Origin: a candidate division TM6 bacterium GW2011_GWF2_28_16 | Lineage (GTDB): Bacteria; Patescibacteriota; Microgenomatia; UBA1400; PJMF01 | Assembly (NCBI GenBank): GCA_001029715.1 | Contig: CP011212.1 | Location: 530,173 to 594,172, forward strand | Reading direction: 5' to 3' | Length of the DNA: 64,000 bases | Shown here: one piece after another, positions 48,696 through 57,262 of the stretch | Layout of the letters: every line of letters begins with the position of its first letter | Position numbering within the stretch: position 1 is the first letter of the stretch | Translations under genes and position numbers: made by a program | The notes under the pieces: generated by a model | Databases searched by the model: none | Seen by the model: the letters and a program-made list of their open reading frames with translations, nothing else | What the model was told of the DNA's origin: nothing

Positions 48696-50353
48696 AAGTT
48701 TGCTATTTCCTTAAATCTTTTATCAAGTAATTCGCCATCAACTGATTTTAACAACCAACCAGCTCTGGGCCCAGCTTTTTTACCAAGTAACATGAGATAA
48801 ATACTTTCAAAAGCTTTTCTTGGTCCGATACTATTTTTAGATAAATCAAAAATTGCTTGCTGTAGGTCTGCTGGAGCCAAATCTTTTTTCTCAGTTAACA
48901 AAAGCTGGAGCTCTTTTAAGAAAACTTTTTGTTCTTCACTCAAAGTCTTAGCCTCTTCTGGCATTTCTGCTTTTGGTCTAAGCTGATATTCGCTAGGAGC
49001 ATAATTTTTAACCCAGACTTCTGCATAATGAATGCGCTCTTGAATCAAAGATTTCTCCAAATCATTTAAAGCTTCACCTTTAATTTTGGCAAATTCTTCT
49101 TCCAAATTTAATTCTGGATGCTGCATCCACATCGCCACATCTCTAAAGCGAGGTAAAAAAGAAGTTTGTTGAGCTTGAGCACTTTGAGCTAATTCAAAAG
49201 CTCTGGCTAACCTCTGATCACCCGTTTCTAAGCCCCAAGCAATACGGGCACCCTGATCATATTCATCAAATAAATCAGGAATTGCCATGGTGCTTGGATC
49301 AAAATCAATCACTTGTGAATAATTACGGCTAGCAAATAAAAAACGTCCCACAGCAGGAGGAAAAAGTTTGGTAAATTCACGAGCAGAGGTGCCGACGCCT
49401 TTACTAGAACTCATTTTAGCGCCACGAATCAAAATCCATTCGTAAGGAATATTGAAAGGCACAGGAATTTTGAAAACTTGTTCGCACTGGGCATTGGCCA
49501 TATCTCTAGAGCCACCAGCGCTGGAATGATCTTTACCAGCACCTTCTACATTTACGCCAATAGCAGTCCAGTGAGCTGGCCAATCAACCTTCCATAACAG
49601 TTTGCCGTTGCCACCAAATGGGCTTATTTTGCCTTTATGTCCACATCCTTTGGCCCAAGTAACTTTATTCTCTTGACACTCAAAAGTGACCTCTTGTCCG
49701 TCCCAACCAGTGACTAAAGTAGTGCCAACTTTTCCACAAACTGGACAAATGACTTGGAAAGGATACCAGAGCTCTGGTAATTCATATTTAGCCACATCTT
49801 GATAGATTTTTCTAAGTGGAGTTACGCTGTCCAAGGCTAAACGAATAATTTCATCCATTTTGCCAGATTCATAAAGCTCATGACTCCAAATGATTTTTTG
49901 AGTACATCCTAGAGAACGAAAAGCGTGCATGAAATCCACGGCGTAAATTTCAGCAAAGTTTTTAGCGTTTTTCAGATCTTCTAGCTCTGACTCTGAGGTT
50001 TGAGACAGGTCAATGCCACATTTATCTAATGCTGGTTTAGGAATTTTATAAAGAGGTTTACCCATGTGCTGTCCAAATTCAGTTTCATCTAAATAGGCAG
50101 GTAAACCATCCATAGGATCTACGTCATTAAAAACATAGGTGTTCTCTGGTTCAATGCCTCTTTCACGTAAAACCTGAGCAACTAAATCATGGAGTAGAAC
50201 ACCACGCAAGGCACCAGTATGAACTCTGCCAGATGGAGTTTTCATATCATCCACATGCAATTGTTTAATACCGGTTTTTTCTTGCCACTTTAAGATTCCA
50301 TCAACAACTTTGTCTAACCAATGTTTACTTTGTGCTGTTTGTTTTTCTGACAT
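48692..50353 (-). CDS. lysK: Lysyl-tRNA synthetase, class I (archaeal type)
   Basis: HWLDKVVDGI, TPSGRVHTGALRGV (HIGH-like), VNVEGAGKDH and KMSSSKG (KMSKS). These are collinear with archaeal class I LysRS. ATG at 50353; the ORF-track start at 50383 is a GTG. Confidence 0.75.
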   Translation of the reverse strand: MSEKQTAQSKHWLDKVVDGILKWQEKTGIKQLHVDDMKTPSGRVHTGALRGVLLHDLVAQVLRERGIEPENTYVFNDVDPMDGLPAYLDETEFGQHMGKPLYKIPKPALDKCGIDLSQTSESELEDLKNAKNFAEIYAVDFMHAFRSLGCTQKIIWSHELYESGKMDEIIRLALDSVTPLRKIYQDVAKYELPELWYPFQVICPVCGKVGTTLVTGWDGQEVTFECQENKVTWAKGCGHKGKISPFGGNGKLLWKVDWPAHWTAIGVNVEGAGKDHSSAGGSRDMANAQCEQVFKIPVPFNIPYEWILIRGAKMSSSKGVGTSAREFTKLFPPAVGRFLFASRNYSQVIDFDPSTMAIPDLFDEYDQGARIAWGLETGDQRLARAFELAQSAQAQQTSFLPRFRDVAMWMQHPELNLEEEFAKIKGEALNDLEKSLIQERIHYAEVWVKNYAPSEYQLRPKAEMPEEAKTLSEEQKVFLKELQLLLTEKKDLAPADLQQAIFDLSKNSIGPRKAFESIYLMLLGKKAGPRAGWLLKSVDGELLDKRFKEIANL

Positions 50354-50379
50354 ATTTTTCCTATAACATAAATAAATTA

Positions 50380-50546
50380 GCACTTTAAATCAAGTCCATT
50401 GAAGGAGCTGACTAATAAGCATAAATAAGCAATTATGTTCATAAACAGCGACTTCACTGAGTGAGACAAAGATTGTTAACTCGAATAAGTAACAATTTTA
50501 GTCGAACGTGACTTGATTTAAAGTGCTAATTTATATACTCGATAAG
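50380..50546. repeat. MITE-like element: perfect 17-bp terminal inverted repeats (GCACTTTAAATCAAGTC / GACTTGATTTAAAGTGC) flanking 133 bp
   Basis: Inverted repeats at 50380-50396 and 50530-50546. The right end (50521-50546) is repeated at 22501-22526. Confidence 0.5.
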
Positions 50547-50561
50547 TATAACCTAAAAACC

Positions 50562-50590
50562 CCGCTTTTTGGCGGGGCTTTTTTTTATTT
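50562..50590. terminator. Bidirectional intrinsic terminator downstream of greA (CCCCGC-uuuuug-GCGGGG plus U8)
   Basis: A 6-bp GC stem flanked by A5 and T8. Confidence 0.6.
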
Positions 50591-50600
50591 TTAATTTGTT

Positions 50601-51068
50601 CTATTTAATTTCTAAGATTTTATAAGTAGTTTTGCCCGCCGGGGTATCAACTTCAACCTTATCTCCCTTAGACTTCTTCATTAACGCTTTGCCTACTGGC
50701 GATTCTATGGAAATTTTACCAAGAGCAGGATCAGATTCATATTCACCACTCATCTGGTAACTAATTTTTTTGCTTTTACCAACTATTTCAAGAGTAACAA
50801 AAGAACCAAGAGCAACGAGTCCTGTATTTTTAGCGCTTGTTTTAACTTCTGCTTTAGACAAAATCTCTTCAATATCATAAATACGAGCTTGTAAAATATC
50901 TCTTTCATCTCTAGCACTATGATAATCAGCGTTTTCAGAAAGATCTCCTTGCTCTCTAGCATTAGAAATACGATCAATGACTTTAGGCATTGAAACCGTC
51001 TTTAACTCGAGTAATTCCTGTTGGAGTTCTTCGAAACCAGTCTGAGTAATTGTAATTGTATCTGACAT
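50601..51068 (-). CDS. greA: Transcription elongation factor GreA
   Basis: Coiled-coil N-terminus with the acidic tip (QGDLSENADYH) and a C-terminal FKBP-like domain. Confidence 0.9.
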   Translation of the reverse strand: MSDTITITQTGFEELQQELLELKTVSMPKVIDRISNAREQGDLSENADYHSARDERDILQARIYDIEEILSKAEVKTSAKNTGLVALGSFVTLEIVGKSKKISYQMSGEYESDPALGKISIESPVGKALMKKSKGDKVEVDTPAGKTTYKILEIK

Positions 51069-51118
51069 AACAGTCGCTTAGTATAAATAATTTTTCTGCT
51101 TTGGCAATAGATGAATAT

Positions 51119-52918
51119 TTACTGACCGAGAACTATGACGGCGTCATAAAGATCGCTAGTATCTTCCTTCTCGATCTCAGTATTAAGTATTAAAGTTAAA
51201 GAAGTAGCTTTTTCTAACTCCTTGAGCAAGGCTTGATTGCTAGGATTATCTTCCTTAACTAGAAGATAATCAGCTTCTTCATAAATACCTTTGGCGTTTT
51301 TGGCACTCACATCTTCAAATTCAGCGTCTTTCACCTGAGTAACAACGGTAGAAGCATAACCAGCCTTGGTGGTGGCATTTACTACCAAAAGTTTATAGTC
51401 AGCTTTAGTAATTTCAGGTAAAGGCTCTGGAGTGGGGGTAGCAGTTGTCTCAGGGGTAACTTCTGTGGCTACTTCAACTACAGGCTTATTATTCTCACCC
51501 CGATTGGTCCATTGTAGGTAAGCCAAGCCAAGCCCAACGCCTAGAGCAATGGTTACTACAAAACTCAAGAAGCCAATGAAAAACATTTTTGTGACAGATG
51601 AGCCATCATTGCGATTCTTAATTAGTTTTTTCTCTGGAATTTCTGACATTTTAGCAATTTCTTTGTCATTTTTAGACAAGTTTTCTTCTGATTTAGGTTT
51701 TTGATCTTTATTAAAAACTGAAGGGTCAAGCGCTAAATTAGCGAATTGACTAAAATCTACTTCTTTTTCTTCTACTTGGGTCTGTTTTTCTGGCATAGTT
51801 ACCTTTTCGATTGTTTCTATTTTTTTAGTTTTTTCGACTTCAATTTCTATTTTTTCAGAAGTTTCTTCTTTTTTAATTTCTGATTCAGTCTCGCTCTCTA
51901 GCTCAGCCTCTTCATCCAAACTCTCCACAGCTATTTTAGCTTCTTTAACACCTGGCATAGTAATTGGAGAAGGCAAAGTAGCAGCGCCACCAATAATTGC
52001 TGGTTTAACTAAATTATTTAGATCTTCATCTTCTTCATCTTTTTTGCTCTCTGAAGATTCTTTAGCTTGATAATCTTTGTCCAAAGAAAATTGAGGTAAT
52101 AAAAACTCAGGAATAGAAAATGTTTTAGCACCTGCTTCAATAATTTGTCTCACATATGAAGGCATACTCTCGTTTTCACTGGCTAAATCGGCTAACTGCT
52201 GAACTGGAAGAGTTTCCTTGAGTTTCTCTTTGATGGCATCATCAACCAGACTATTAGTCATTAAGTAAACAGTCTGTAAACTCGACTCAGCTCCTTTGAG
52301 AGTTTTAACCGTTTCAGCAAAATTTTCCCCATCAGCGACTGGAACTGCGTAACATTGATCAACACCAATATAATGTTCAGCCAAAAATAGATGATCGCCC
52401 ATTTGCAAAATAGCTACTGAAGGCTCAAGACTAATAATTGATTTACTGGTCCAACTAAGTGGAGAAATGGAATCAATTTTAATATCTTTATGATCGGCGA
52501 GAATTTTAGACAAAGGAGCAACTACTGATTTTTCCAAAGCAGTTAGTTGAACTTTAAAAGCTCCCTTGTAATTACTTAAGACTGTCGTATCTAAATAATA
52601 ATCTTCGCTATTAATACCCAATTCTGGAAGTAATTTATTATTTAAATGTTCTTTGACTGCTTCTTCGCTGTCTAATTCCAGGTTAACAATAGTGCTGGTA
52701 AAAAGAAAATCTGGTAAAACTATTTTATAGCTACCAGCTTCTATCTTGGAAAATAATTTAATTAAGTTCGCTTCCAACAAATTGCTCTCATCTAAAAACT
52801 CACCATTGATCTGGCGAAAATCAGATAAGACAAAATCATGGGCTTTTTTGCCAGGAATTAATTTAGCGATATAAGCCAAATCAGATAGGATATAAAGTAA
52901 ACGAGTGTCTGTGGGCAT
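51119..52918 (-). CDS. Hypothetical large protein: cytoplasmic PilM/FtsA-like(?) N-domain, Glu-rich low-complexity linker, single TM, C-terminal LytR_C-like domain
   Basis: The architecture is inferred from the sequence only. The ATG at 52918 is preferred; the ORF-track start uses ATT. Confidence 0.3.
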   Translation of the reverse strand: MPTDTRLLYILSDLAYIAKLIPGKKAHDFVLSDFRQINGEFLDESNLLEANLIKLFSKIEAGSYKIVLPDFLFTSTIVNLELDSEEAVKEHLNNKLLPELGINSEDYYLDTTVLSNYKGAFKVQLTALEKSVVAPLSKILADHKDIKIDSISPLSWTSKSIISLEPSVAILQMGDHLFLAEHYIGVDQCYAVPVADGENFAETVKTLKGAESSLQTVYLMTNSLVDDAIKEKLKETLPVQQLADLASENESMPSYVRQIIEAGAKTFSIPEFLLPQFSLDKDYQAKESSESKKDEEDEDLNNLVKPAIIGGAATLPSPITMPGVKEAKIAVESLDEEAELESETESEIKKEETSEKIEIEVEKTKKIETIEKVTMPEKQTQVEEKEVDFSQFANLALDPSVFNKDQKPKSEENLSKNDKEIAKMSEIPEKKLIKNRNDGSSVTKMFFIGFLSFVVTIALGVGLGLAYLQWTNRGENNKPVVEVATEVTPETTATPTPEPLPEITKADYKLLVVNATTKAGYASTVVTQVKDAEFEDVSAKNAKGIYEEADYLLVKEDNPSNQALLKELEKATSLTLILNTEIEKEDTSDLYDAVIVLGQ

Positions 52919-53004
52919 ACCAAAATTATAACTTGAATAGTTTAGGAGTGCAAATAGGGTAAAAAGTTGATATAAAATTATGATAAACTGAGACAATTAA
53001 AGAT

Positions 53005-53778
53005 ATGGACATGGAATTAGAGTCACATGGTAATGAAAACACACTTGCTATCAAAAAAAGTGCTTCGGTTTTTCGTAATACATTGGCTTCAATTTTAGCC
53101 GAAGAATCACCGTTCGCCCGCGCTCCTTTTATTGCTAGAATCGCAGAAAAATATTTAGAAGATAAAAATCAATCTCGTTATTTCACCACCAAAGACGGTT
53201 TTGGTTCAAATATTATTATTCGCAATGGAATTGCGCAGCCTGATATTTATCTGAATATTCAGAAAGGACTAGAAAGTCGTAAAATAAGAAAAAGAGTTGC
53301 AATCCGACTTGATAAAAAAGATCCTACTGATGATGAAGTATTTTATTTTGCTGTTGGACACGAGCTCGGTCATTTAATCCAAGGTTTAGCCGATTATGTA
53401 TCTATGGCAGATCAAAATGTGAGTGGCATGACTGAAGCACAAATTAACGAAAAAAAACGACAGGTTGATGAATACAATAAAAATATTGATGAAAACAAGG
53501 ATATTAAAGATGCTCAAGATTTTTTCCGATCAATTTTTAAGAAAGATATTAATCGTGGGTTCAATGAGGCATATATAGACGTAAGCAATTACACAGACGA
53601 AACTTACTTAAGCTATATTAATTCTGAAGCAGAGGCAAATGCAGACTTCATCTCATTATGGATTATAGGCATGGAAAACCCAGATATAAGAACTTCTCCA
53701 CAAAACGAAGGCTATCTTATTGAAGATTGGCATAGATGGATGGAGGACCACAAAATCAACACAACTCAATTAGCTTAA
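53005..53778 (+). CDS. Putative HExxH zinc metallopeptidase (ImmA/IrrE-DUF955-like motif VGHELGHLIQG)
   Basis: HELGH plus a downstream Glu. There is no adjacent HTH gene. Confidence 0.3.
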   Translation: MDMELESHGNENTLAIKKSASVFRNTLASILAEESPFARAPFIARIAEKYLEDKNQSRYFTTKDGFGSNIIIRNGIAQPDIYLNIQKGLESRKIRKRVAIRLDKKDPTDDEVFYFAVGHELGHLIQGLADYVSMADQNVSGMTEAQINEKKRQVDEYNKNIDENKDIKDAQDFFRSIFKKDINRGFNEAYIDVSNYTDETYLSYINSEAEANADFISLWIIGMENPDIRTSPQNEGYLIEDWHRWMEDHKINTTQLA

Positions 53779-53822
53779 ACGAAGATATTTGACTTTTCAT
53801 CCATACCAGCGCTCAATTTATA

Positions 53823-53850
53823 AAAAAATACGGACATGTCCGTATTTTTC
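53823..53850. terminator. Bidirectional terminator (UACGGAC-AUG-GUCCGUA palindrome flanked by A-run and U-run)
   Basis: Seen between the HExxH gene and tRNA-Lys. Confidence 0.55.
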
Positions 53851-53857
53851 TATATGT

Positions 53858-53931
53858 GAGTCCGGTGGGACTCGAACCCACGACGCACAGCTTAAAAGGC
53901 TGTCGCTCTAACCGACTGAGCTACGGACCCA
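53858..53931 (-). tRNA. tRNA-Lys (anticodon TTT); CCA not encoded
   Basis: Acceptor GGGTCCG/CGGACTC, anticodon loop CUUUUAA, T-loop TTCGAGT. A TTGCAA-17-TATAAT promoter lies upstream on the minus strand. Confidence 0.85.
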
Positions 53932-54007
53932 TGTTAAAAACAAGTTATTATATTTCAGACCATCCTTTTTTGCAAAACAAGAAAAAGGAGCTGGTATGAA
54001 ATAAGAG

Positions 54008-54577
54008 CTAATCATTAACTCTAGAAACATAATCTGCGGTTTCAGTGTCAATCAATAAGGTGTCGCCAGTTTTAATAAAAAGAGGGGCCTGAACAATCAA
54101 TCCGCTTTCCATAGTAACTGGTTTCTTGCCTGCAGTTTGACGATCTCCAGAAATAGCATCTTGAGCATCGGAAACAGTCATTCTTACTTTTGGTGGTAAA
54201 ACTACACCGATAACAGCCTCTTCATAAACAGTTAAATAAACTTTAATGTCAGAAGTTAACATTAGGGCTTTGTCATCTAAAATACTTCTCGGCACTGTCA
54301 TCTGTTCGTAAGAACGAGGATCCATAAAAACAATTTCATTACCATCATGGTATAAAAATTGCATTTCTTTGGTTTCAACATCTAATTCTTCGACATTATC
54401 GTGAGATTTAAAATTAAATTCCAAATTAGAACCATTGCGCATGTCGCGCATTTTAACTCTGGTAAAAGCTGAGCCTTTGCCTGGAGAAACGAACTGAGTC
54501 TTCACTACATAATGAGGAAGGTTTTTATATAAAATATAAATACCTTTTTTGATGTTGCCTGCTTTTATGGTTGACAT
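54008..54577 (-). CDS. efp: Elongation factor P
   Basis: KOW-like domain I with the conserved loop SPGKGSAF (the modifiable Lys) and OB domains II and III. Confidence 0.9.
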   Translation of the reverse strand: MSTIKAGNIKKGIYILYKNLPHYVVKTQFVSPGKGSAFTRVKMRDMRNGSNLEFNFKSHDNVEELDVETKEMQFLYHDGNEIVFMDPRSYEQMTVPRSILDDKALMLTSDIKVYLTVYEEAVIGVVLPPKVRMTVSDAQDAISGDRQTAGKKPVTMESGLIVQAPLFIKTGDTLLIDTETADYVSRVND

Positions 54578-54609
54578 AGATTGCGATATTCTACACCAGA
54601 CAACATTAG

Positions 54610-55674
54610 TTAATCAAGAAATGCTTCGCTGGCTGGGAAAAATAAGGTTTGATCGATATTGCTTACATCTGCAAAAAGCATAATTAGGCGATCTATTCCC
54701 ACTGCCATACCGCTGGATTCTGGCAATCCAAATTCCAGTGCAGTAAGAAAATCTTGGTCGATTTTATGATCTTTTTTGCCTAGTTCTTTGCGCAAAAGCA
54801 TATCTGCTTCAAGACGTTTTTTTTGTTCCTTAGGATCAATTAACTCACCGAAGGCATTGCCTAGTTCCATGCCCGCTAAATAAACTTCAAAACGTTCGGC
54901 AAAACGTGGATCACTAGCTTTTTTTCTAGCTAAAGCCGCCTGAGGAGTAGGATAGTCATAAACAATCACTGGCTTATTAAAAGCAGCTAATTTACTTTCA
55001 ATTTCATTTAAAAACAATTGATTATAGAGTTCTTCCCAAGCTAAATCGGCTGATAATGACTCAAGACCACTAAGATCGTAGCCCAAGCTTTGCGCTTTTT
55101 GACGCAAAAACTCAAGATTTAGAAGCTGATCAGCATTTAAATGCAAATACTTTTCAAATAACTCTGCTACGGAAAATTTCAAATATGGTGAAGTTAAATC
55201 AAAAGTGCACCCCTGATAAACAACTTTTTTGGCATTAAGCGATAGAGCTTGGCAAATAAAAGCCATCATCGCCTCGAAATCATTCATCACATCAAGATAA
55301 TTAGCATTAGCACGATAAAATTCCAAAATAGTAAATTCAGGATTGTGCTTTCCACCCAAGCTCTCTTGATTACGAAAAGTTTTACAAATTTGAAAAATAT
55401 TACCCAAACCAGCAGCTAAAAGTTTCTTCATTGAATATTCAGGACTAGTCAATAAATAAGCTTGTTTTTTTTGACCATCTGGCAACTCTAAACTAGTTTC
55501 AAAAAGGTTGAGATAGGGCTCGGCCCCTGGGCAACTAGCTAAAAGAGGAGTTTCTACCTCATGAAAAGCTTGTCCTTTGAAAAACAAACGAACAGCATCA
55601 ATGACTTTTTCACGCATCAAAAAACGCTCAGCTAGTGAGGGAGTTTCTTTAATTTTTTGCCAGTTCTTCTTCAT
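54610..55674 (-). CDS. epmA: EF-P lysine34 lysyltransferase EpmA (PoxA/GenX; class II LysRS paralog lacking an anticodon-binding domain)
   Basis: Class II aaRS catalytic core (FHEVETP, motif 2/3 arginines) without an N-terminal OB domain. Lies immediately upstream of efp. Confidence 0.7.
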   Translation of the reverse strand: MKKNWQKIKETPSLAERFLMREKVIDAVRLFFKGQAFHEVETPLLASCPGAEPYLNLFETSLELPDGQKKQAYLLTSPEYSMKKLLAAGLGNIFQICKTFRNQESLGGKHNPEFTILEFYRANANYLDVMNDFEAMMAFICQALSLNAKKVVYQGCTFDLTSPYLKFSVAELFEKYLHLNADQLLNLEFLRQKAQSLGYDLSGLESLSADLAWEELYNQLFLNEIESKLAAFNKPVIVYDYPTPQAALARKKASDPRFAERFEVYLAGMELGNAFGELIDPKEQKKRLEADMLLRKELGKKDHKIDQDFLTALEFGLPESSGMAVGIDRLIMLFADVSNIDQTLFFPASEAFLD

Positions 55675-55692
55675 GAGGAGGCTATTATATCG

Positions 55693-56652
55693 CTAAAAGC
55701 CAGTTGTTTTGAGAGAAACGTAAATAAGATATAAAAAGAGGATTAGTAAAGATTCGTTTCTCTCAAGCTTATTCTTGGTTAAAATAAATAAAACCACCAC
55801 TACAACACTAAAGAGCAAATAAGGAATGTCGAATTCCACCAGTCGTCTCTCGACATTCCAGCCAGCAATTGCCGCGCCACTGCCTAAAGCCACAAAAACA
55901 TTAACCACTACACTGCCCACCAAATTACTGACTGATAAAGCCAAGGCACCTTTAATGGCAGCGTTAATGGAAATAATTAACTCTGGTAAACTTGAGCCAA
56001 AACCTAAAATTAAAATGCCTACCGTCGCTTCACTGATACCCAGCTGACTGGCAAGTATGACTCCTTTGCTTAGAACCATTGAGGAAGCTTTGGCAATGAC
56101 AACTAAACCTAAAATTAATTTAAATATATCTTGCCATTTAATTTTACGACGAGCTATCTTTCCTTTTATTTTACTATGCAACTTTTCCATAAAGCTACGT
56201 CGACTAAGAAAAAGAATGTACATTAGATAAAAAAGAATGGAAAGCAAACCTTCCTGTCTGGAAATAAGACCATCCTGAGCCATTACATAAAGAGCCACTA
56301 CGGCAGCCACTGAAAAAGCAGAGTCAAGAAAAACACGATTTTTGTGAAAATTCATCACTTTGAGCAGCCCGGCTAAAGCCAAAACTAGGGTTAATTGATT
56401 AATTGAAGAACCAAGAACATTGCCCACAACAATGGAGGAAGGATCGGATTGACCAGACAGCTTTTGAATTGCGCCAGTAAAAGACATGGTGATTTCTGGA
56501 AAACTAGTCCCAAGAGCAACAATAGTTAGACCAACAAAGCCCTCTGACAAGACTAATGATTTGGCAATTTTGATAGCTGATCTGGTGATTAGTTCAGCAC
56601 CGATCCATAAGCCAATGATTGACGCGAAAAGAATAAGCAGGTCTGTAAACAT
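55693..56652 (-). CDS. CaCA-family Na+/Ca2+ (cation/Ca2+) antiporter
   Basis: Two alpha-repeats: GNVLGSSINQLTLVLALAG and GSSLPELIISINAAIKG. ATG at 56652; the ORF-track start is a TTG. Confidence 0.7.
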   Translation of the reverse strand: MFTDLLILFASIIGLWIGAELITRSAIKIAKSLVLSEGFVGLTIVALGTSFPEITMSFTGAIQKLSGQSDPSSIVVGNVLGSSINQLTLVLALAGLLKVMNFHKNRVFLDSAFSVAAVVALYVMAQDGLISRQEGLLSILFYLMYILFLSRRSFMEKLHSKIKGKIARRKIKWQDIFKLILGLVVIAKASSMVLSKGVILASQLGISEATVGILILGFGSSLPELIISINAAIKGALALSVSNLVGSVVVNVFVALGSGAAIAGWNVERRLVEFDIPYLLFSVVVVVLFILTKNKLERNESLLILFLYLIYVSLKTTGF

Positions 56653-56740
56653 CTCTTGTCTATTAAAGCAGAAAAAGAGGGTGGAGGGCAAGAAGAGGAG
56701 AGATGTTGAGCAAAAATTGGGGTGAAAAAATTACAAAAAA

Positions 56741-56768
56741 ACCACTCTTAAAAGTGGCTTTTTTAGAT
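56741..56768. terminator. Bidirectional terminator (CCACUCUUAAAAGUGG flanked by A7 and U6)
   Basis: On the minus strand it lies about 90 nt downstream of the CCA end of the tmRNA-like gene. Confidence 0.5.
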
Positions 56769-56858
56769 TTGGGTAATTCCCCGACTTCATTTGCGAAACT
56801 AGCTATCATTCTACATATTTTTTTTAAAATTTCAAGTTTAGTTTTAAACTTTTATTAT

Positions 56859-57075
56859 TGGTGGACCGGAGGGGAATCAAACCCCCAAACCTCATTTCGC
56901 AAACGAAGTCACACACCAGTGCTCCGGCCCTACCTTTATTATCTAAGGAGTAGATTGCAAGAAGTGTGATGAAAAGAGGATTGGGATTTGGAGCGGGTGT
57001 CGCCCTACAGGCACTAGGCGGGACTTTCAGTCTCGCCGTCGCCAGAATCAATCCTCACTTTGTTCTACCACATTC
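56859..57075 (-). ncRNA. ssrA: Candidate tmRNA (ssrA)-like RNA; the 3'-terminal 72 nt (56859-56930) form a tRNA-like module with G3:U70, a T-arm GGGGG-UUUGAUU-CCCCU, and an encoded CCA
   Basis: This is the only RNA gene in the window that encodes CCA. The acceptor stem GGGCCGG/CCGGUCC carries the alanine G3:U70 determinant. There is no canonical D arm or anticodon arm. The upstream part contains UGAUUCUGG...CGACGG, which resembles the tmRNA 5' consensus. The total length (about 215 nt) is unusually short, and the 5' boundary is uncertain. Confidence 0.4.
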
Positions 57076-57087
57076 AAATAAAAAAAA

Positions 57088-57115
57088 CGACTCTTCCGAG
57101 TCGTCTTTTTTATTT
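57088..57115. terminator. Bidirectional terminator (ACGACUC-uucc-GAGUCGU flanked by A8 and U6)
   Basis: Lies immediately 3' of tRNA-Gly(TCC) on the minus strand. Confidence 0.55.
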
Positions 57116-57116
57116 G

Positions 57117-57187
57117 AGCGGGTGACCAGAATCGGACTGGCTTCTTCTCCTTGGAAGGGAGACATACTACCGGTGTACTACACCCGC
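57117..57187 (-). tRNA. tRNA-Gly (anticodon TCC) with an unusual T-loop, TCCGATT
   Basis: Acceptor GCGGGTG/CACCCGC, anticodon loop CUUCCAA, 4-nt variable loop, discriminator U. The C55 deviation is the same as in tRNA-Gly(CCC). Confidence 0.65.
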
Positions 57188-57262
57188 GTTTCTTAATATA
57201 GCAGAATTTGGCTATTTTCTGTAGTTTACAATACTTGAGTAAGAAGCAAAATAGGTAAATGT

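Noticed and set aside
56700-56858. Two-piece (permuted) tmRNA with a tag ORF starting GCA-AAU-GAA (A-N-E) downstream of the CCA end
   Set aside because: The frame runs 43 codons through a terminator hairpin into the neighbouring gene's start region, and it does not end in an ...AA-stop degron. It is probably a coincidence.
56859-56930. Conventional tRNA-Ala
   Set aside because: G3:U70 and CCA are present, but no 4-bp D-stem or standard 5-bp anticodon stem with a UGC/GGC/CGC anticodon can be drawn. The best loop gives GCG with a poor stem.
57117-57187. Reading the plus strand of this locus as a tRNA-Ser (anticodon GGA) because GCGGGTG...CACCCGC is palindromic
   Set aside because: The plus strand has no T-arm. 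The minus strand folds into a complete cloverleaf (tRNA-Gly UCC).
56824-57196. ORF-track CDSs 56824-57051 (-, 75 aa) and 56966-57196 (+, 76 aa)
   Set aside because: They overlap the tmRNA-like element and tRNA-Gly(TCC) and have no start context. They are chance open frames in GC-rich RNA genes.
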